Virus record (IMG/VR): IMGVR_UViG_3300006121_000011
Location: 1 to 50,300 of that record
Length of the DNA: 50,300 nt
Source of the DNA: a virus
Taxonomy: Duplodnaviria; Caudoviricetes
Direction: 5' to 3' (one strand)
A program made the position numbers and the translations under genes. Shown one piece after another: positions 1-9,404 of this stretch. The notes beneath the pieces are model-generated. The model had not been told where the DNA came from, did no database searches, and was given only the letters and a program-made list of their open reading frames with translations. Within the stretch, counting starts at the first letter, position 1. Each line of letters begins with the position of its first letter.

Positions 1-1
1 G

Positions 2-460
2 CTGCTGATAATAATAAAGCAAATAAGGATAGGCCAAATCAGGAGGATTATCGAATTTAAGGTTGGTTTGGTCATTAAAATAATAATACGGCTGTTGAAC
101 TACTCGATACCCATTACCATCATAATCATACATGGCAATGATTTCCTCAATTGTTTTGCGCGTCATTTTTTGATAATTAACACCCGTAACATAAAGCACT
201 TTATCTTCAAGATAATCTGCTGGAAGCGGTATATAATCGATTGGTGAAGCAACATCCGTGGGATTTGCAGTCATTGTTCCAGTTGTGGAAGTTAGCATTC
301 TCCAATGTCGCAAATCACGATAAATAGCACTTTCTGCTTCAGCAATTATTGTATCAGCTACTGTTTGTACAGAACTATGGTTTAGCCATGCAGCTAGGGA
401 GCCATCCGTTGATGTAGACCCCACTAAAATTGTATAAGATAAAGTGCTTCCTACTGTCAC
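2..460 (-). CDS. Head-tail adaptor / tail tubular protein A-like (3' truncated by window edge)
   Basis: Not in ORF track; GTG at 460 overlaps the upstream stop (GTGA); reads MTVGSTLSY...IIAEAESAIYRDLRHWRM...PLPADYLE...PYYY, typical of podovirus adaptors; open to the edge. Confidence 0.7.
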   Translation of the reverse strand, partial: MTVGSTLSYTILVGSTSTDGSLAAWLNHSSVQTVADTIIAEAESAIYRDLRHWRMLTSTTGTMTANPTDVASPIDYIPLPADYLEDKVLYVTGVNYQKMTRKTIEEIIAMYDYDGNGYRVVQQPYYYFNDQTNLKFDNPPDLAYPYLLYYYQQ

Positions 461-2052
461 GCGGCCTCTTTAGCTTTCTTTAAGAGATAATCAACAATTG
501 ATTTAAATATAATTTCTGGTTTAATCGCCGAAGCACATAATGCCGCACCAGTGCTTTCTACCTTGTTGCAAAAAGTCCAATCATAATGCAATCTATGGCA
601 AGGATAACATGGCGAATTTTTAAGTTCTGGAATTACAACATTTGTATTTTCCCAATTTTTTGTAAGATTTTCATGACTGCTATGGGAAAGATAAATTATT
701 TTGTGTACATCTTTTTCATGGCAAACAGCGTTCATAACACCAGTTTCTGGACCAACAACCACATCAGCAATTGTTGCAAAAGACAATGATTCCCGTATGT
801 TCCACAAACCGCATATTCCTTTAATTCTGTCAGTCGGAATGTTATTGTTTTTCAAACAATCAATAATTGCATCTTGCAAAGGTTTTGCGATGTATTTGTC
901 CCCATAAAGATACACTATCGCGGGAGTTTTTTCAATAAGCCAACTTAAAACAGTATCAACATAAGGATATGTTTTATGATGAGATGTTCCCGTCAAACAC
1001 CAAACAACAACGGGTCCGGAATGTTTAGCTTTTTCTTTTCTTGCCCATTCTTTTTCTAATTCAGTTGCATAAAATTTTACTTTTCCACCATGTGGAACGC
1101 CGGCTATATCTGCCGTTCTTTCCAAATAATTTACACAACCGTATAATTTGCGACGCGTTTCGTCAGCGTAAGAATGTTGCAACTTGCCCGGCATTTGCAA
1201 CAAACCTCCTTCTACACTTTCACAAAGATTAATAACTCTGTCATATCTTTCTTCTAAAGCTTTCCAATATGGCCCCAATTCAGCATTGGGAACTTGGTCT
1301 TGGTCGTGTAAACAAAATTCATCTATTCTTGGATCGTGGCGAATAACGGATATGGTATTAGCGTGCCCCAACCATGTAACGTGCATATTTTGTTGCTTCA
1401 AGCCATCTAATACAGATGATGCTTGCATCAAATCTCCAATAGCGCCAAAACGAATAAGCAAAGCTCGTTTTTTACCATCTGGATTGCGTTGCCATATTTT
1501 TTCAACAAATTTTCCATCGTTTCTTTTTTGAAAAACCAAAAAATGACTATATTCATCATCTTGCGCACGTTCTTCTTTTTCTAATTGCGTCCAACCGCAA
1601 TTAGTATGTTCTTGCAACAATTTTTCAATATCACCGGGGTATATGTCCCATTTATGATCGTCATTTGCTCCTGGCGTCCCTGCTTTCGGATATAAATTAG
1701 CAGAAGGAACATAAAGAACTAAAAACGCACCCTCTCTAAGAACGCGAGTCCATTCTTTCAAAACAAAAGGCACTTCTTTTGGATTAAAATGCTCCAAAAG
1801 ATGGCTTGAGAAAATAGCATCCCAACTTTCATCGCCAAAAAGACACAAATCGCTGCAATTTTGTACAATATCAATGCCAGTTGGTCTTGCGCCGTTTGCT
1901 GCAACACAACTATCAACACTTGTAAAATGTGGCCATGTTTTACGCATACCAGCGCCCAATTCCAAAACGTGGCCGCGTGTATAACGTGTAATTAAATGAG
2001 CAATTTTATTAGATTCAGAAAAACCAGAATTTAGTCCTTCAGTCCAAACCAT
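457..2052 (-). CDS. Class I SAM methyltransferase fused to glycosyltransferase family 9 (RfaF/heptosyltransferase-like)
   Basis: N-half VLELGAG, DAIFSSHLLEH, VLREGAFLVLYVP; C-half LLIRFGAIGD, HKTYP, VVGPETGVMNAV, C-terminal CYPC..C..C. Confidence 0.85.
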   Translation of the reverse strand: MVWTEGLNSGFSESNKIAHLITRYTRGHVLELGAGMRKTWPHFTSVDSCVAANGARPTGIDIVQNCSDLCLFGDESWDAIFSSHLLEHFNPKEVPFVLKEWTRVLREGAFLVLYVPSANLYPKAGTPGANDDHKWDIYPGDIEKLLQEHTNCGWTQLEKEERAQDDEYSHFLVFQKRNDGKFVEKIWQRNPDGKKRALLIRFGAIGDLMQASSVLDGLKQQNMHVTWLGHANTISVIRHDPRIDEFCLHDQDQVPNAELGPYWKALEERYDRVINLCESVEGGLLQMPGKLQHSYADETRRKLYGCVNYLERTADIAGVPHGGKVKFYATELEKEWARKEKAKHSGPVVVWCLTGTSHHKTYPYVDTVLSWLIEKTPAIVYLYGDKYIAKPLQDAIIDCLKNNNIPTDRIKGICGLWNIRESLSFATIADVVVGPETGVMNAVCHEKDVHKIIYLSHSSHENLTKNWENTNVVIPELKNSPCYPCHRLHYDWTFCNKVESTGAALCASAIKPEIIFKSIVDYLLKKAKEAA

Positions 2053-2072
2053 GTATTCTCCTTTTGATGCTT

Positions 2073-2417
2073 CTATAAACCTTTTAAGAAGGCTATAGCT
2101 TGCTCTCTGTTAACGAAAGGTTCACCATAAATAGACAACATTTGTTGCAATTTTTTCCAATGCAAATGCTCTAAATTTGTATCTTTTTCTATTGTTTCTT
2201 CTGATTTAATTTCTTCCTGAACATAACATTTAGGAATTGAACCATCATCAGGGGTAGGGCCATCGGGAATGGAATCAACGGGTCGAAGAGTTGAAAAGTC
2301 AGTGACCAATTCTCCTCGCCCGTTGAATGTTTTACCATTTTGCTGAAATGCAAGGCCCGGTTGACCAAATATCTCAGCATATTCCTGTGTTGGGTCGAAT
2401 TTTATTTCGTCCATCAC
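2073..2417 (-). CDS. Hypothetical protein, late operon
   Basis: 114-aa ORF tightly packed in the operon. Confidence 0.7.
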   Translation of the reverse strand: MMDEIKFDPTQEYAEIFGQPGLAFQQNGKTFNGRGELVTDFSTLRPVDSIPDGPTPDDGSIPKCYVQEEIKSEETIEKDTNLEHLHWKKLQQMLSIYGEPFVNREQAIAFLKGL

Positions 2418-2420
2418 TTT

Positions 2421-2666
2421 TTATCCAATCTTTTTTCCACCTATAGGGCTATCTTCACCAGCGGCAATGCCGTAGTTGCAATATCCCTGTACCAAACAAG
2501 CCTCATCAATATAGCCTGCATTGAAAGTAGATTCGAGATCATAGCCCGGCTTAAACGAAGCCACAGCCACATCAAGGGCGACGCCTTGTGATACGTCGAT
2601 CTTTTTGGTGCCCATAACATCGCCGCCCTGAACAGAATTTTCGTTTTTCAGACCGTCGAGTGCCAT
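2421..2666 (-). CDS. Hypothetical small acidic protein
   Basis: AAGGAG SD upstream; shares a TFxxxxxDEAxLxxG(F/Y) motif with 3025..3357. Confidence 0.7.
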   Translation of the reverse strand: MALDGLKNENSVQGGDVMGTKKIDVSQGVALDVAVASFKPGYDLESTFNAGYIDEACLVQGYCNYGIAAGEDSPIGGKKIG

Positions 2667-2672
2667 GTTGTG

Positions 2673-3023
2673 TTACTCCTTGCTCAGTTTTTTAGAAGAA
2701 GAGGGAATGTCCCGCATTTTTTTCGACACAGGTTTAGCTGTGCCACGACGGGTTTGTTCATCTTCTTCATCTTCCGTTTCCGGGTCTTCATAACCGCCGC
2801 GAGCCGAAAGATGTTCTTTGTCGCCGGTTACATAACCACCGTCGCCAAATTCTTGCGTATACGCGTCCCATTCCGGACCACCGCTGTCATCGCGTGGCAA
2901 CAGTTCATAATCTGGAATAAGTTTAGGTTTAATGTATGAAGCATCTTCGCCGGACAGATAACCGCCCTTGAAAACTGCACCATCAGTCTTTACTCGGCCC
3001 ATAGGGCCATATTTGTCAGCCAT
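2673..3023 (-). CDS. Hypothetical acidic Gly-rich protein
   Basis: AAAGGAG SD; tight packing. Confidence 0.75.
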   Translation of the reverse strand: MADKYGPMGRVKTDGAVFKGGYLSGEDASYIKPKLIPDYELLPRDDSGGPEWDAYTQEFGDGGYVTGDKEHLSARGGYEDPETEDEEDEQTRRGTAKPVSKKMRDIPSSSKKLSKE

Positions 3024-3024
3024 T

Positions 3025-3357
3025 TTAACTCCTTTCGGTTGGTATTCTTGGACGAGTCAAGAAGCCTTTTGAACGAAGATTTTCCGTTCTAAATTGCAAA
3101 TCTTGCTCCATAATATCACGATTGCCCTGATCTTCATCCGGCCATTTTGGCTGGGTAAAACGATCATGGTAATTCGCTTTATCATAATTGGGTAATTCGC
3201 GTACCGTAGGCCGGATAAATCCTAGCTCTAGGTCTGCTTCGTCCGCCCCAAAACCCGTAAAGGTTTTTACGCCTTTAGGGTTAGGGAACTGGACTTCGCT
3301 GGTGCAATAACTCCCCAGCATACCCAAGTCGTCGTATTTATCGCCCTTATCGGACAT
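3025..3357 (-). CDS. Hypothetical protein
   Basis: TAATG coupling to the upstream gene. Confidence 0.75.
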   Translation of the reverse strand: MSDKGDKYDDLGMLGSYCTSEVQFPNPKGVKTFTGFGADEADLELGFIRPTVRELPNYDKANYHDRFTQPKWPDEDQGNRDIMEQDLQFRTENLRSKGFLTRPRIPTERS

Positions 3358-3788
3358 TAGTTACCAGTCCAGCTTGATAGTGGATCGACATAGGCTTCAA
3401 TCTGAACCTGTACCTGCTGAGTTGCATCGGTGCCAGTAACAGCCGCCAAATAACCACCCTTATTCAGAGTTAAGTTAGCATCGGTGTTAATGGTAAATAC
3501 CGTACCAGCGGCACTGGTTGACAGCGTAGCTGTACCAATCGTCGAAGTGGTGGTAAACGTTGCAGAACTTGTCGAGGTAAAGGTTGTACCCGTACCAATG
3601 GCAAACAAAGCAACGCTGGAAGCGCCAGTACCAGCAACCTGAACAAGTGCAGTCGCAGCACGAATGCGCACGTTCGAGGATGGTGAGGTAAACAGCGGAG
3701 TTGTCTTAGACGCACCCGTAATAGCAGAACCAAGAACGATCTGCTGGCGGGTGAGATAAGACGGATGATCGATAGGACCTTGTGACAT
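3357..3788 (-). CDS. Putative capsid decoration/cement protein
   Basis: 143-aa Thr/Ala/Gly-rich ORF directly after the capsid gene, AGGAAAGGA SD; function inferred from position. Confidence 0.55.
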   Translation of the reverse strand: MSQGPIDHPSYLTRQQIVLGSAITGASKTTPLFTSPSSNVRIRAATALVQVAGTGASSVALFAIGTGTTFTSTSSATFTTTSTIGTATLSTSAAGTVFTINTDANLTLNKGGYLAAVTGTDATQQVQVQIEAYVDPLSSWTGN

Positions 3789-3809
3789 GTTTTTGTTCCT
3801 TTCCTATGA

Positions 3810-4793
3810 TTAAGCCGCTGAATCCCACTTGACGATACGAGCCTGTTTGGCTTGCGTTTGCGTCAAGGCGAACCCACCAAGATAGTACCAAGCAATGCCC
3901 TTCGAGCGACCGTAGTCTGACGGAATGGCACCGCGTACTTCTTCTGGAACAACAATAGCTTCAGCAACGGTATCTTCACCAAAGAAGAACGCCCAATCCG
4001 ATAGACCGTTGGTCCAAGTCGTTGTAGCGGTCGTGTTGTTGGCATAACCGTGGCTTACATTGGTTTGTTCGATGAAGCGAACGCCTTCAAACTTACCAAT
4101 TTCGCCGTTGTAGATCATTTGGAAACCTTCATCACGATATGCATAAACGCCTTCCAAATCGTTCTTAACCGGACGCCATGTGGTCGGCCAAGCGATTGCA
4201 AAGTATTCGTCCATCATATACGGAGGAATGTTTCTTTCTTTCATAACGTCCACAATCGATTTAATGTGGTTCTTATGCAAGTTGACGCTGTTTGTCAAAG
4301 TAGCCGTACCATTGGTCGTCAAAGTGACGGCAGTGGTATCAGTACCAGTCGTCGAAGCACCATAAGCGACAACGCGCAAAGGTGTTGAATTAAACTGATT
4401 GAAAGCAAACTGATCGAGTGCTTTTTTGCAATCGTTTTTTAACACCTTATTGATAATTTCCTGTACAGGATGTTTAGACAAATTGTCCAACATGCCAGTA
4501 TAGGGAACTGCGTTGCCAAGTTCCGTAACCGTACCAGTGCCCTGAGCAACCGTAAAGTTGGTCTGGGGAACAGTCGAGGTTTCGGTCAGGACGGTACCCT
4601 GAGTCGCAACATCGTTATAAACGTTCCACGTAAAGAGCTGGCCTTTATGCAAACCCTTATCAGTGAAATCTTTTGCATCAGCAAATTGACGAAATTTGCA
4701 CAACGGTTGTACCGCAGTACGCAAAATATCAGACAATTCAAGCGAGAACATATACCCGCCCAAACTGTTAACAGCCCATAATTGACCGGCCAT
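3810..4793 (-). CDS. Major capsid protein (N4-gp56 family-like)
   Basis: MAGQLW start, FRQFAD, GEIGKFEGVRFIE, FFGEDTVAEA, DYGRSKGIAWY; follows scaffold; strong SD. Confidence 0.9.
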   Translation of the reverse strand: MAGQLWAVNSLGGYMFSLELSDILRTAVQPLCKFRQFADAKDFTDKGLHKGQLFTWNVYNDVATQGTVLTETSTVPQTNFTVAQGTGTVTELGNAVPYTGMLDNLSKHPVQEIINKVLKNDCKKALDQFAFNQFNSTPLRVVAYGASTTGTDTTAVTLTTNGTATLTNSVNLHKNHIKSIVDVMKERNIPPYMMDEYFAIAWPTTWRPVKNDLEGVYAYRDEGFQMIYNGEIGKFEGVRFIEQTNVSHGYANNTTATTTWTNGLSDWAFFFGEDTVAEAIVVPEEVRGAIPSDYGRSKGIAWYYLGGFALTQTQAKQARIVKWDSAA

Positions 4794-4807
4794 TATAGTT
4801 CCTTTCG

Positions 4808-5893
4808 TTATGACATAGACGACTGTCCACGAGCTTTCCGCATAGCTTCAACAATACTTGACCCTGTTGGGTAAGATGATTGTTTTTGCATGGGTTGCAC
4901 TTTGTTGACAGCCTGTGTTGTTGTTGGCGCTGCTCGCTTCCGTTCCACGCGACTTTGAGAAACATTCGCGGTTGTGACGGTTTGCTGAACAACTGGTTGC
5001 GTCTTGTCGGATTCTCTTGCTGTTTCCGTTACGGGTTGAAATTCATCGCGCGTTTCCCTGCACGCTTCGCGATAAAGCTCCAAATCAGATTTGGGCAGAC
5101 CAATGGCCATGTATTTTTGGCGCAATGATCCAACTTTATCGGCTGCGACCAAGGTTTTCGCACGACTTTTGAACACGTCGGCATACTCGCTTGAAATAGC
5201 CTCAAGATTATTTTGAAATTGTACTTGCGCGACAGCACGTTGCGCGGCAGCTTGTACAATTTGATCTGGTGCTGGAACATTCTGTTTAGAAAGAGAAACA
5301 GTAAGGTTCGCAAATTCAGCTAAAGCGGCGGCGGATTCATCTTCGCTACCGTAAAGCATTTTTCTTGCAATGCCTTTAACCGTGTCAATGTTAATGTTGT
5401 TTTTATCAGGCTCAACTTGAGTTTGTTGAATTTGTTGAGGTTGATACTGTGGTTGTTGCGGTTGTTGATTGTACAACGCTTTTTGCGCAAGTTGCTCAAT
5501 TTCTTCTTGCGTTAATTCATATTGTTGGCCATTAATGTTGATTGTTTTTTTAACAGGCAAAACAATTTCAGGTTCTTTTGAGACAATTTCAACTTTTGGT
5601 CCAGGTATTGGCTCCGGCTCTGGCTCAACTGAAGGTGTTTCGGTTTCCATGGTTGCGCCATGACTAATTTGAGCTGCGTACTCTAGTTCGCGCTTATATT
5701 GCTCATTGCGATTAGCATAAATTTTGTCCATAATTTCTTTGCGCGGATCAGACAAAGAATTACTTGACGTATCCTGTTCTTGTTTTTCAACAGATTGAGA
5801 AGGTTGATCGTCATAAATTTGTGAACGGGCAATAGCGCCAGTTTCTGGATCGGCTTCAATTTTCATTCCAGTATCAATTTTAATATCAGTCAT
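4808..5893 (-). CDS. Capsid scaffolding protein (putative)
   Basis: Q/E/P-rich, KKTININGQ motif, basic C-terminal helix (EAMRKARGQ); immediately upstream of capsid. Confidence 0.75.
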   Translation of the reverse strand: MTDIKIDTGMKIEADPETGAIARSQIYDDQPSQSVEKQEQDTSSNSLSDPRKEIMDKIYANRNEQYKRELEYAAQISHGATMETETPSVEPEPEPIPGPKVEIVSKEPEIVLPVKKTININGQQYELTQEEIEQLAQKALYNQQPQQPQYQPQQIQQTQVEPDKNNINIDTVKGIARKMLYGSEDESAAALAEFANLTVSLSKQNVPAPDQIVQAAAQRAVAQVQFQNNLEAISSEYADVFKSRAKTLVAADKVGSLRQKYMAIGLPKSDLELYREACRETRDEFQPVTETARESDKTQPVVQQTVTTANVSQSRVERKRAAPTTTQAVNKVQPMQKQSSYPTGSSIVEAMRKARGQSSMS

Positions 5894-6258
5894 TATTCTT
5901 CTCCGTCAGTTATGATTGCTTGCTCGTCTTGCAACGATTGCTCGGCAATTCGCCCCTTTGATAGAACATTATTTAGGGTGTTAGCAATAAATCTTGCCCT
6001 ATAAACTTTTGCTTGATGACGTATAATCAATTTTGTATCCGTTGGATCAATTCCGGCTAATGCTTCTAAAGATTCTGCCGCTTGCTCACTTATCGCATCT
6101 AAAATAATTCTTAAACATACACTTTCTCTCAATTCTTGCTCTATTTTTAACTTAATGTCAAGTTCTTTGAACCTTTGATCGCCTTTTTTAAGGCGCTCAA
6201 TTAATTCAGGAGTCAGCAAAACATCATCAATTTTTACATTTTCATCCAATTTTTTCAT
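5893..6258 (-). CDS. Small helical protein between portal and scaffold
   Basis: ATGA and TAATG overlaps with neighbours; usual position in podovirus head modules. Confidence 0.7.
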   Translation of the reverse strand: MKKLDENVKIDDVLLTPELIERLKKGDQRFKELDIKLKIEQELRESVCLRIILDAISEQAAESLEALAGIDPTDTKLIIRHQAKVYRARFIANTLNNVLSKGRIAEQSLQDEQAIITDGEE

Positions 6259-8435
6259 CGACGACCAGCCAAATTATTTAATATGTTTTGTTGATTAGAT
6301 TGATGGGCTTGAAACTGCCTATCGCCGTGAGCCATAATTAAATCCTGCACGGTCTGTTGATTATCTCTATGCGTTTCATACTGTTCTTGCATTAAAGTTT
6401 TCTGATAATCAAGTTTAGCAATTTCTAAATCAGTTTGTGATTGTAATTGCCTGTCTTGCATTTTTGCTTGCGCGGTAATTTGCGCAGCTTGTAAACGGCT
6501 AGGATCGTTTTGCGTTCCTTGTTTTCCACCGCCTTGTTTGGATTGTTGCATTTGCTGCATAATCGCGTGAATATCGCTATTGGGTTCAAAAAAGCGATCC
6601 CCATCTTTATATCCGCAAAGACTGAACACCTCCTTGATGACTTCTTGTGGATTCGCGGCCATTGCGGCAGCGGGGCCAAATATCTCGCCTATAGCATGTG
6701 TGGCTGTTAAAAAATTCTGCAATTTTTCTTTTGGATTGGTTGCTCCAAGCCCAACATTGACTTTAACAGTAAGTTCCTGATTTAATAATTCATCGGTTAT
6801 TTCACTAATTCCATATTTTTGTAAAAGTTTTGCATCTTGCCCTGCGTTGGCAATTATAACCGCATCAGTTTCATAAGCCTGTTCCAATTTAACTATTTGC
6901 GTCAAAAGCGGCTCAACAAAAGTTTCAGCCCAAACTCTTTGTTCATATTCACCAATTTGCGAGGCATTGCCTTGCATCATGGTCATATTACCTACGGCTT
7001 CATACACGCCTTTGTTGGCTTGAATCGAACTATTGGAAACTTCGCCAGTTAAATTATCAAAATCAAGGTCAACATGTTCTTGTTCGGAATATGCGCTTGC
7101 CGTAACTTCAGGCGGCCTATCCCAACGAATATCGGCTTCCGGGTCTTTTGTCATAATGACTTTGCCCGGTTGAAAACTACGAACATCGCTTGGATCAATT
7201 CCCTTGCCGTCACGAACAAATTGACGAGGGTTCAAAGCCAATTTAACGTTATCAAGGCGAAGGTTAACAACATCGTTGGCTTGTGATTGCAAATCTTTAA
7301 CAAGCTCAACTTTAGATGCTGGGTATGTCTTATGTGCTTCGGGAACAACAAAACCGCACACATAAGGGCGAACGCCTTGTAAATAAACTTCTTTAACCGG
7401 CCTAGGGATAGATAATAATTCACCAGCACTCGCTAAAGTATAAGAATGCATATCTTCGCCATCAACACGAATAATGTTTTCGCGTATCCAACAAATATCA
7501 AAATCACGCGGTTTCCAGCTATCATGATCTTTACCGGGAACGCGCCCTTGTTCTCGGCTACGACGAGTGACGTCATCATCTAAATCCGTGGCATTTCTTA
7601 ATGAACCATCGGAAACATTTAACCATTCACCTGATTTAATTTTTTGCTTAACGTCCGATATATACATTGGAATAATTTCAATGTTATATGGAGATGTTGC
7701 AATTGGATTGCGCCAATCGGCACCCGGGTCAAACCTAAAATTTTCAGGTGCTATCAAATCTATCCAAGGATGATCTACAATTGTATTGTAAATATCATAT
7801 TCATCAGATAATAGATCGCCCGTTTCTGGATGTATGAGCGGCGCTCCAGTCAAAGGATGTAAAACTGGCTTGCTTTCCGTATGACTGTATTTTTCTTCAA
7901 ATTTCCAATATGCCTTAGCTATTGCGATGCCCATGACTTCTGCGTCTTGACGACCGCCCATCATTGTTAAAAACCAAGGTATCGTTTTGGTCAAACGATA
8001 TTGAACTAATGATTTAAGAATTTCAGCCGAAGCGCGTTGCAAAGGATTGTTATCATCATTAGGACTAATGTTGACAATATCTTCATTTCCAAAAAACGCC
8101 GTTGCGCATTGAGCTTCCGATTTGCGAACCATTGAACGTGTTTTTGGTCGAAACAACCTTGAACGGTATCTATAATCTGTCGAAAGATATTTCGATTCTG
8201 AATTATGCAAACCCTGAAATGCGCGTAACGAATTGTTCCACGCGATGCGCCTACCAGCATTAAGCCAATTTGTGCTGCTTTCATAACAATCACGCGCAAG
8301 CGTGCGAAAATAATTATTTTCTTTTGCAACAGAACTTCCGCCCATTTCCATTGCGTTCTTTTTTGCGCCCTTAACAATATTTGAATAATCTGGCGCATCT
8401 TGAATATCGGGAGGTGTATCGCGTGTGCCAACCAT
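6255..8435 (-). CDS. Portal protein
   Basis: 726 aa; SRLFRPKTR, IAPENFRFDPGA, LQSQANDVVNLRLDNVKLALNP, Q-rich C-terminal coiled coil; upstream of scaffold and capsid. Confidence 0.88.
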   Translation of the reverse strand: MVGTRDTPPDIQDAPDYSNIVKGAKKNAMEMGGSSVAKENNYFRTLARDCYESSTNWLNAGRRIAWNNSLRAFQGLHNSESKYLSTDYRYRSRLFRPKTRSMVRKSEAQCATAFFGNEDIVNISPNDDNNPLQRASAEILKSLVQYRLTKTIPWFLTMMGGRQDAEVMGIAIAKAYWKFEEKYSHTESKPVLHPLTGAPLIHPETGDLLSDEYDIYNTIVDHPWIDLIAPENFRFDPGADWRNPIATSPYNIEIIPMYISDVKQKIKSGEWLNVSDGSLRNATDLDDDVTRRSREQGRVPGKDHDSWKPRDFDICWIRENIIRVDGEDMHSYTLASAGELLSIPRPVKEVYLQGVRPYVCGFVVPEAHKTYPASKVELVKDLQSQANDVVNLRLDNVKLALNPRQFVRDGKGIDPSDVRSFQPGKVIMTKDPEADIRWDRPPEVTASAYSEQEHVDLDFDNLTGEVSNSSIQANKGVYEAVGNMTMMQGNASQIGEYEQRVWAETFVEPLLTQIVKLEQAYETDAVIIANAGQDAKLLQKYGISEITDELLNQELTVKVNVGLGATNPKEKLQNFLTATHAIGEIFGPAAAMAANPQEVIKEVFSLCGYKDGDRFFEPNSDIHAIMQQMQQSKQGGGKQGTQNDPSRLQAAQITAQAKMQDRQLQSQTDLEIAKLDYQKTLMQEQYETHRDNQQTVQDLIMAHGDRQFQAHQSNQQNILNNLAGRR

Positions 8436-8737
8436 TATTTGCTTTCAAAAGAAATTTTATTTAGTTCTTTTTTATTATAATCTTCCATTTCTTCGTTTGT
8501 ATAATAATCCATTTCTATTCTGCATAAAGACTGGACAGGGAACATTTGAATTGTTTTGCTTCCATTATAAATTGTAAGAGTGGAAGTTTTGCTAATTTCA
8601 CCAAAACTATATTCCAATAAAAGGCGTTCATTTTTATCAAGAGAACCACATTTTTCAACAATTGTTGTTTTTCCACTAGAATCCGGCGTGGATTCAATGC
8701 GCACCCGCTTTACCACAAATTTATATGGCTCAATCAT
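8435..8737 (-). CDS. Hypothetical protein
   Basis: Overlapping start/stop with both neighbours. Confidence 0.65.
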   Translation of the reverse strand: MIEPYKFVVKRVRIESTPDSSGKTTIVEKCGSLDKNERLLLEYSFGEISKTSTLTIYNGSKTIQMFPVQSLCRIEMDYYTNEEMEDYNKKELNKISFESK

Positions 8738-9105
8738 AGCACCATTCCGTCTGTAATTACGTCTTTTGTAAAAAAGTCAATCATGTCATTTTCCCTGATT
8801 GAACGACGCGCCATATTATAACGTTCTAAAATTTCTCCTCCAGCTATCATAACACGTTTTTCAATGTTATTTTGGTCTATTTTGTTCAAATGCAACAAAA
8901 AACCATATTTCCAAATTCGCGTTTCTTTGTTTTTGCCTTCGTACATAAGTTGAATGCTAGCATGACCAGATTCATGATTGCAATCAACAAACCAACTATG
9001 GCCAGCATAATACTTTTCAAGAATAGACATAATTTTTTTGCCGATGTCTAAATCTTGCAAATAAAATTTGCCATGTCCCATTGATTCTGTAATTAAATCT
9101 GACAT
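8734..9105 (-). CDS. Hypothetical phage protein
   Basis: YAGHSWFV...GFLLHL...AGGEILERY motifs; upstream of portal. Confidence 0.7.
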   Translation of the reverse strand: MSDLITESMGHGKFYLQDLDIGKKIMSILEKYYAGHSWFVDCNHESGHASIQLMYEGKNKETRIWKYGFLLHLNKIDQNNIEKRVMIAGGEILERYNMARRSIRENDMIDFFTKDVITDGMVL

Positions 9106-9109
9106 TTAA

Positions 9110-9403
9110 TTAATTCAAAATTGAATAATTGTAAGTTGAGGTATCAGTAGCCCCACATAAAACCGTAAATCCAGTGCCAGCCGTAACGGTTTTCATGGCC
9201 GGTGGCGTGGTAATCGTGCCGCCTTGCGTATTCATGGAAATAATAACCATAGAAGTTGCCGCCATGTTTGAATTTGTAATTGTAATAGTACCAGCCCCAG
9301 TACATACAAACGTACCTTTTTGTGGCAAAGCCATTCCAAGAACTGTTTGGGCAAAAGCAGTTGAAGGCAACAAAAACAATAAAAGAGCAACAAGCGTTTT
9401 CAT
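9110..9403 (-). CDS. Small Thr-rich protein with Sec-type signal peptide
   Basis: MKTLVALLLFLLPSTAFA|Q (AxA cleavage motif), then a beta-rich domain. Confidence 0.7.
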   Translation of the reverse strand: MKTLVALLLFLLPSTAFAQTVLGMALPQKGTFVCTGAGTITITNSNMAATSMVIISMNTQGGTITTPPAMKTVTAGTGFTVLCGATDTSTYNYSILN

Positions 9404-9404
9404 A

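Noticed and set aside
3789-3812. Stop read-through fusing capsid to the in-frame downstream gene
   Set aside because: Two in-frame stops (TAA TCA TAG) and the downstream gene has its own strong SD
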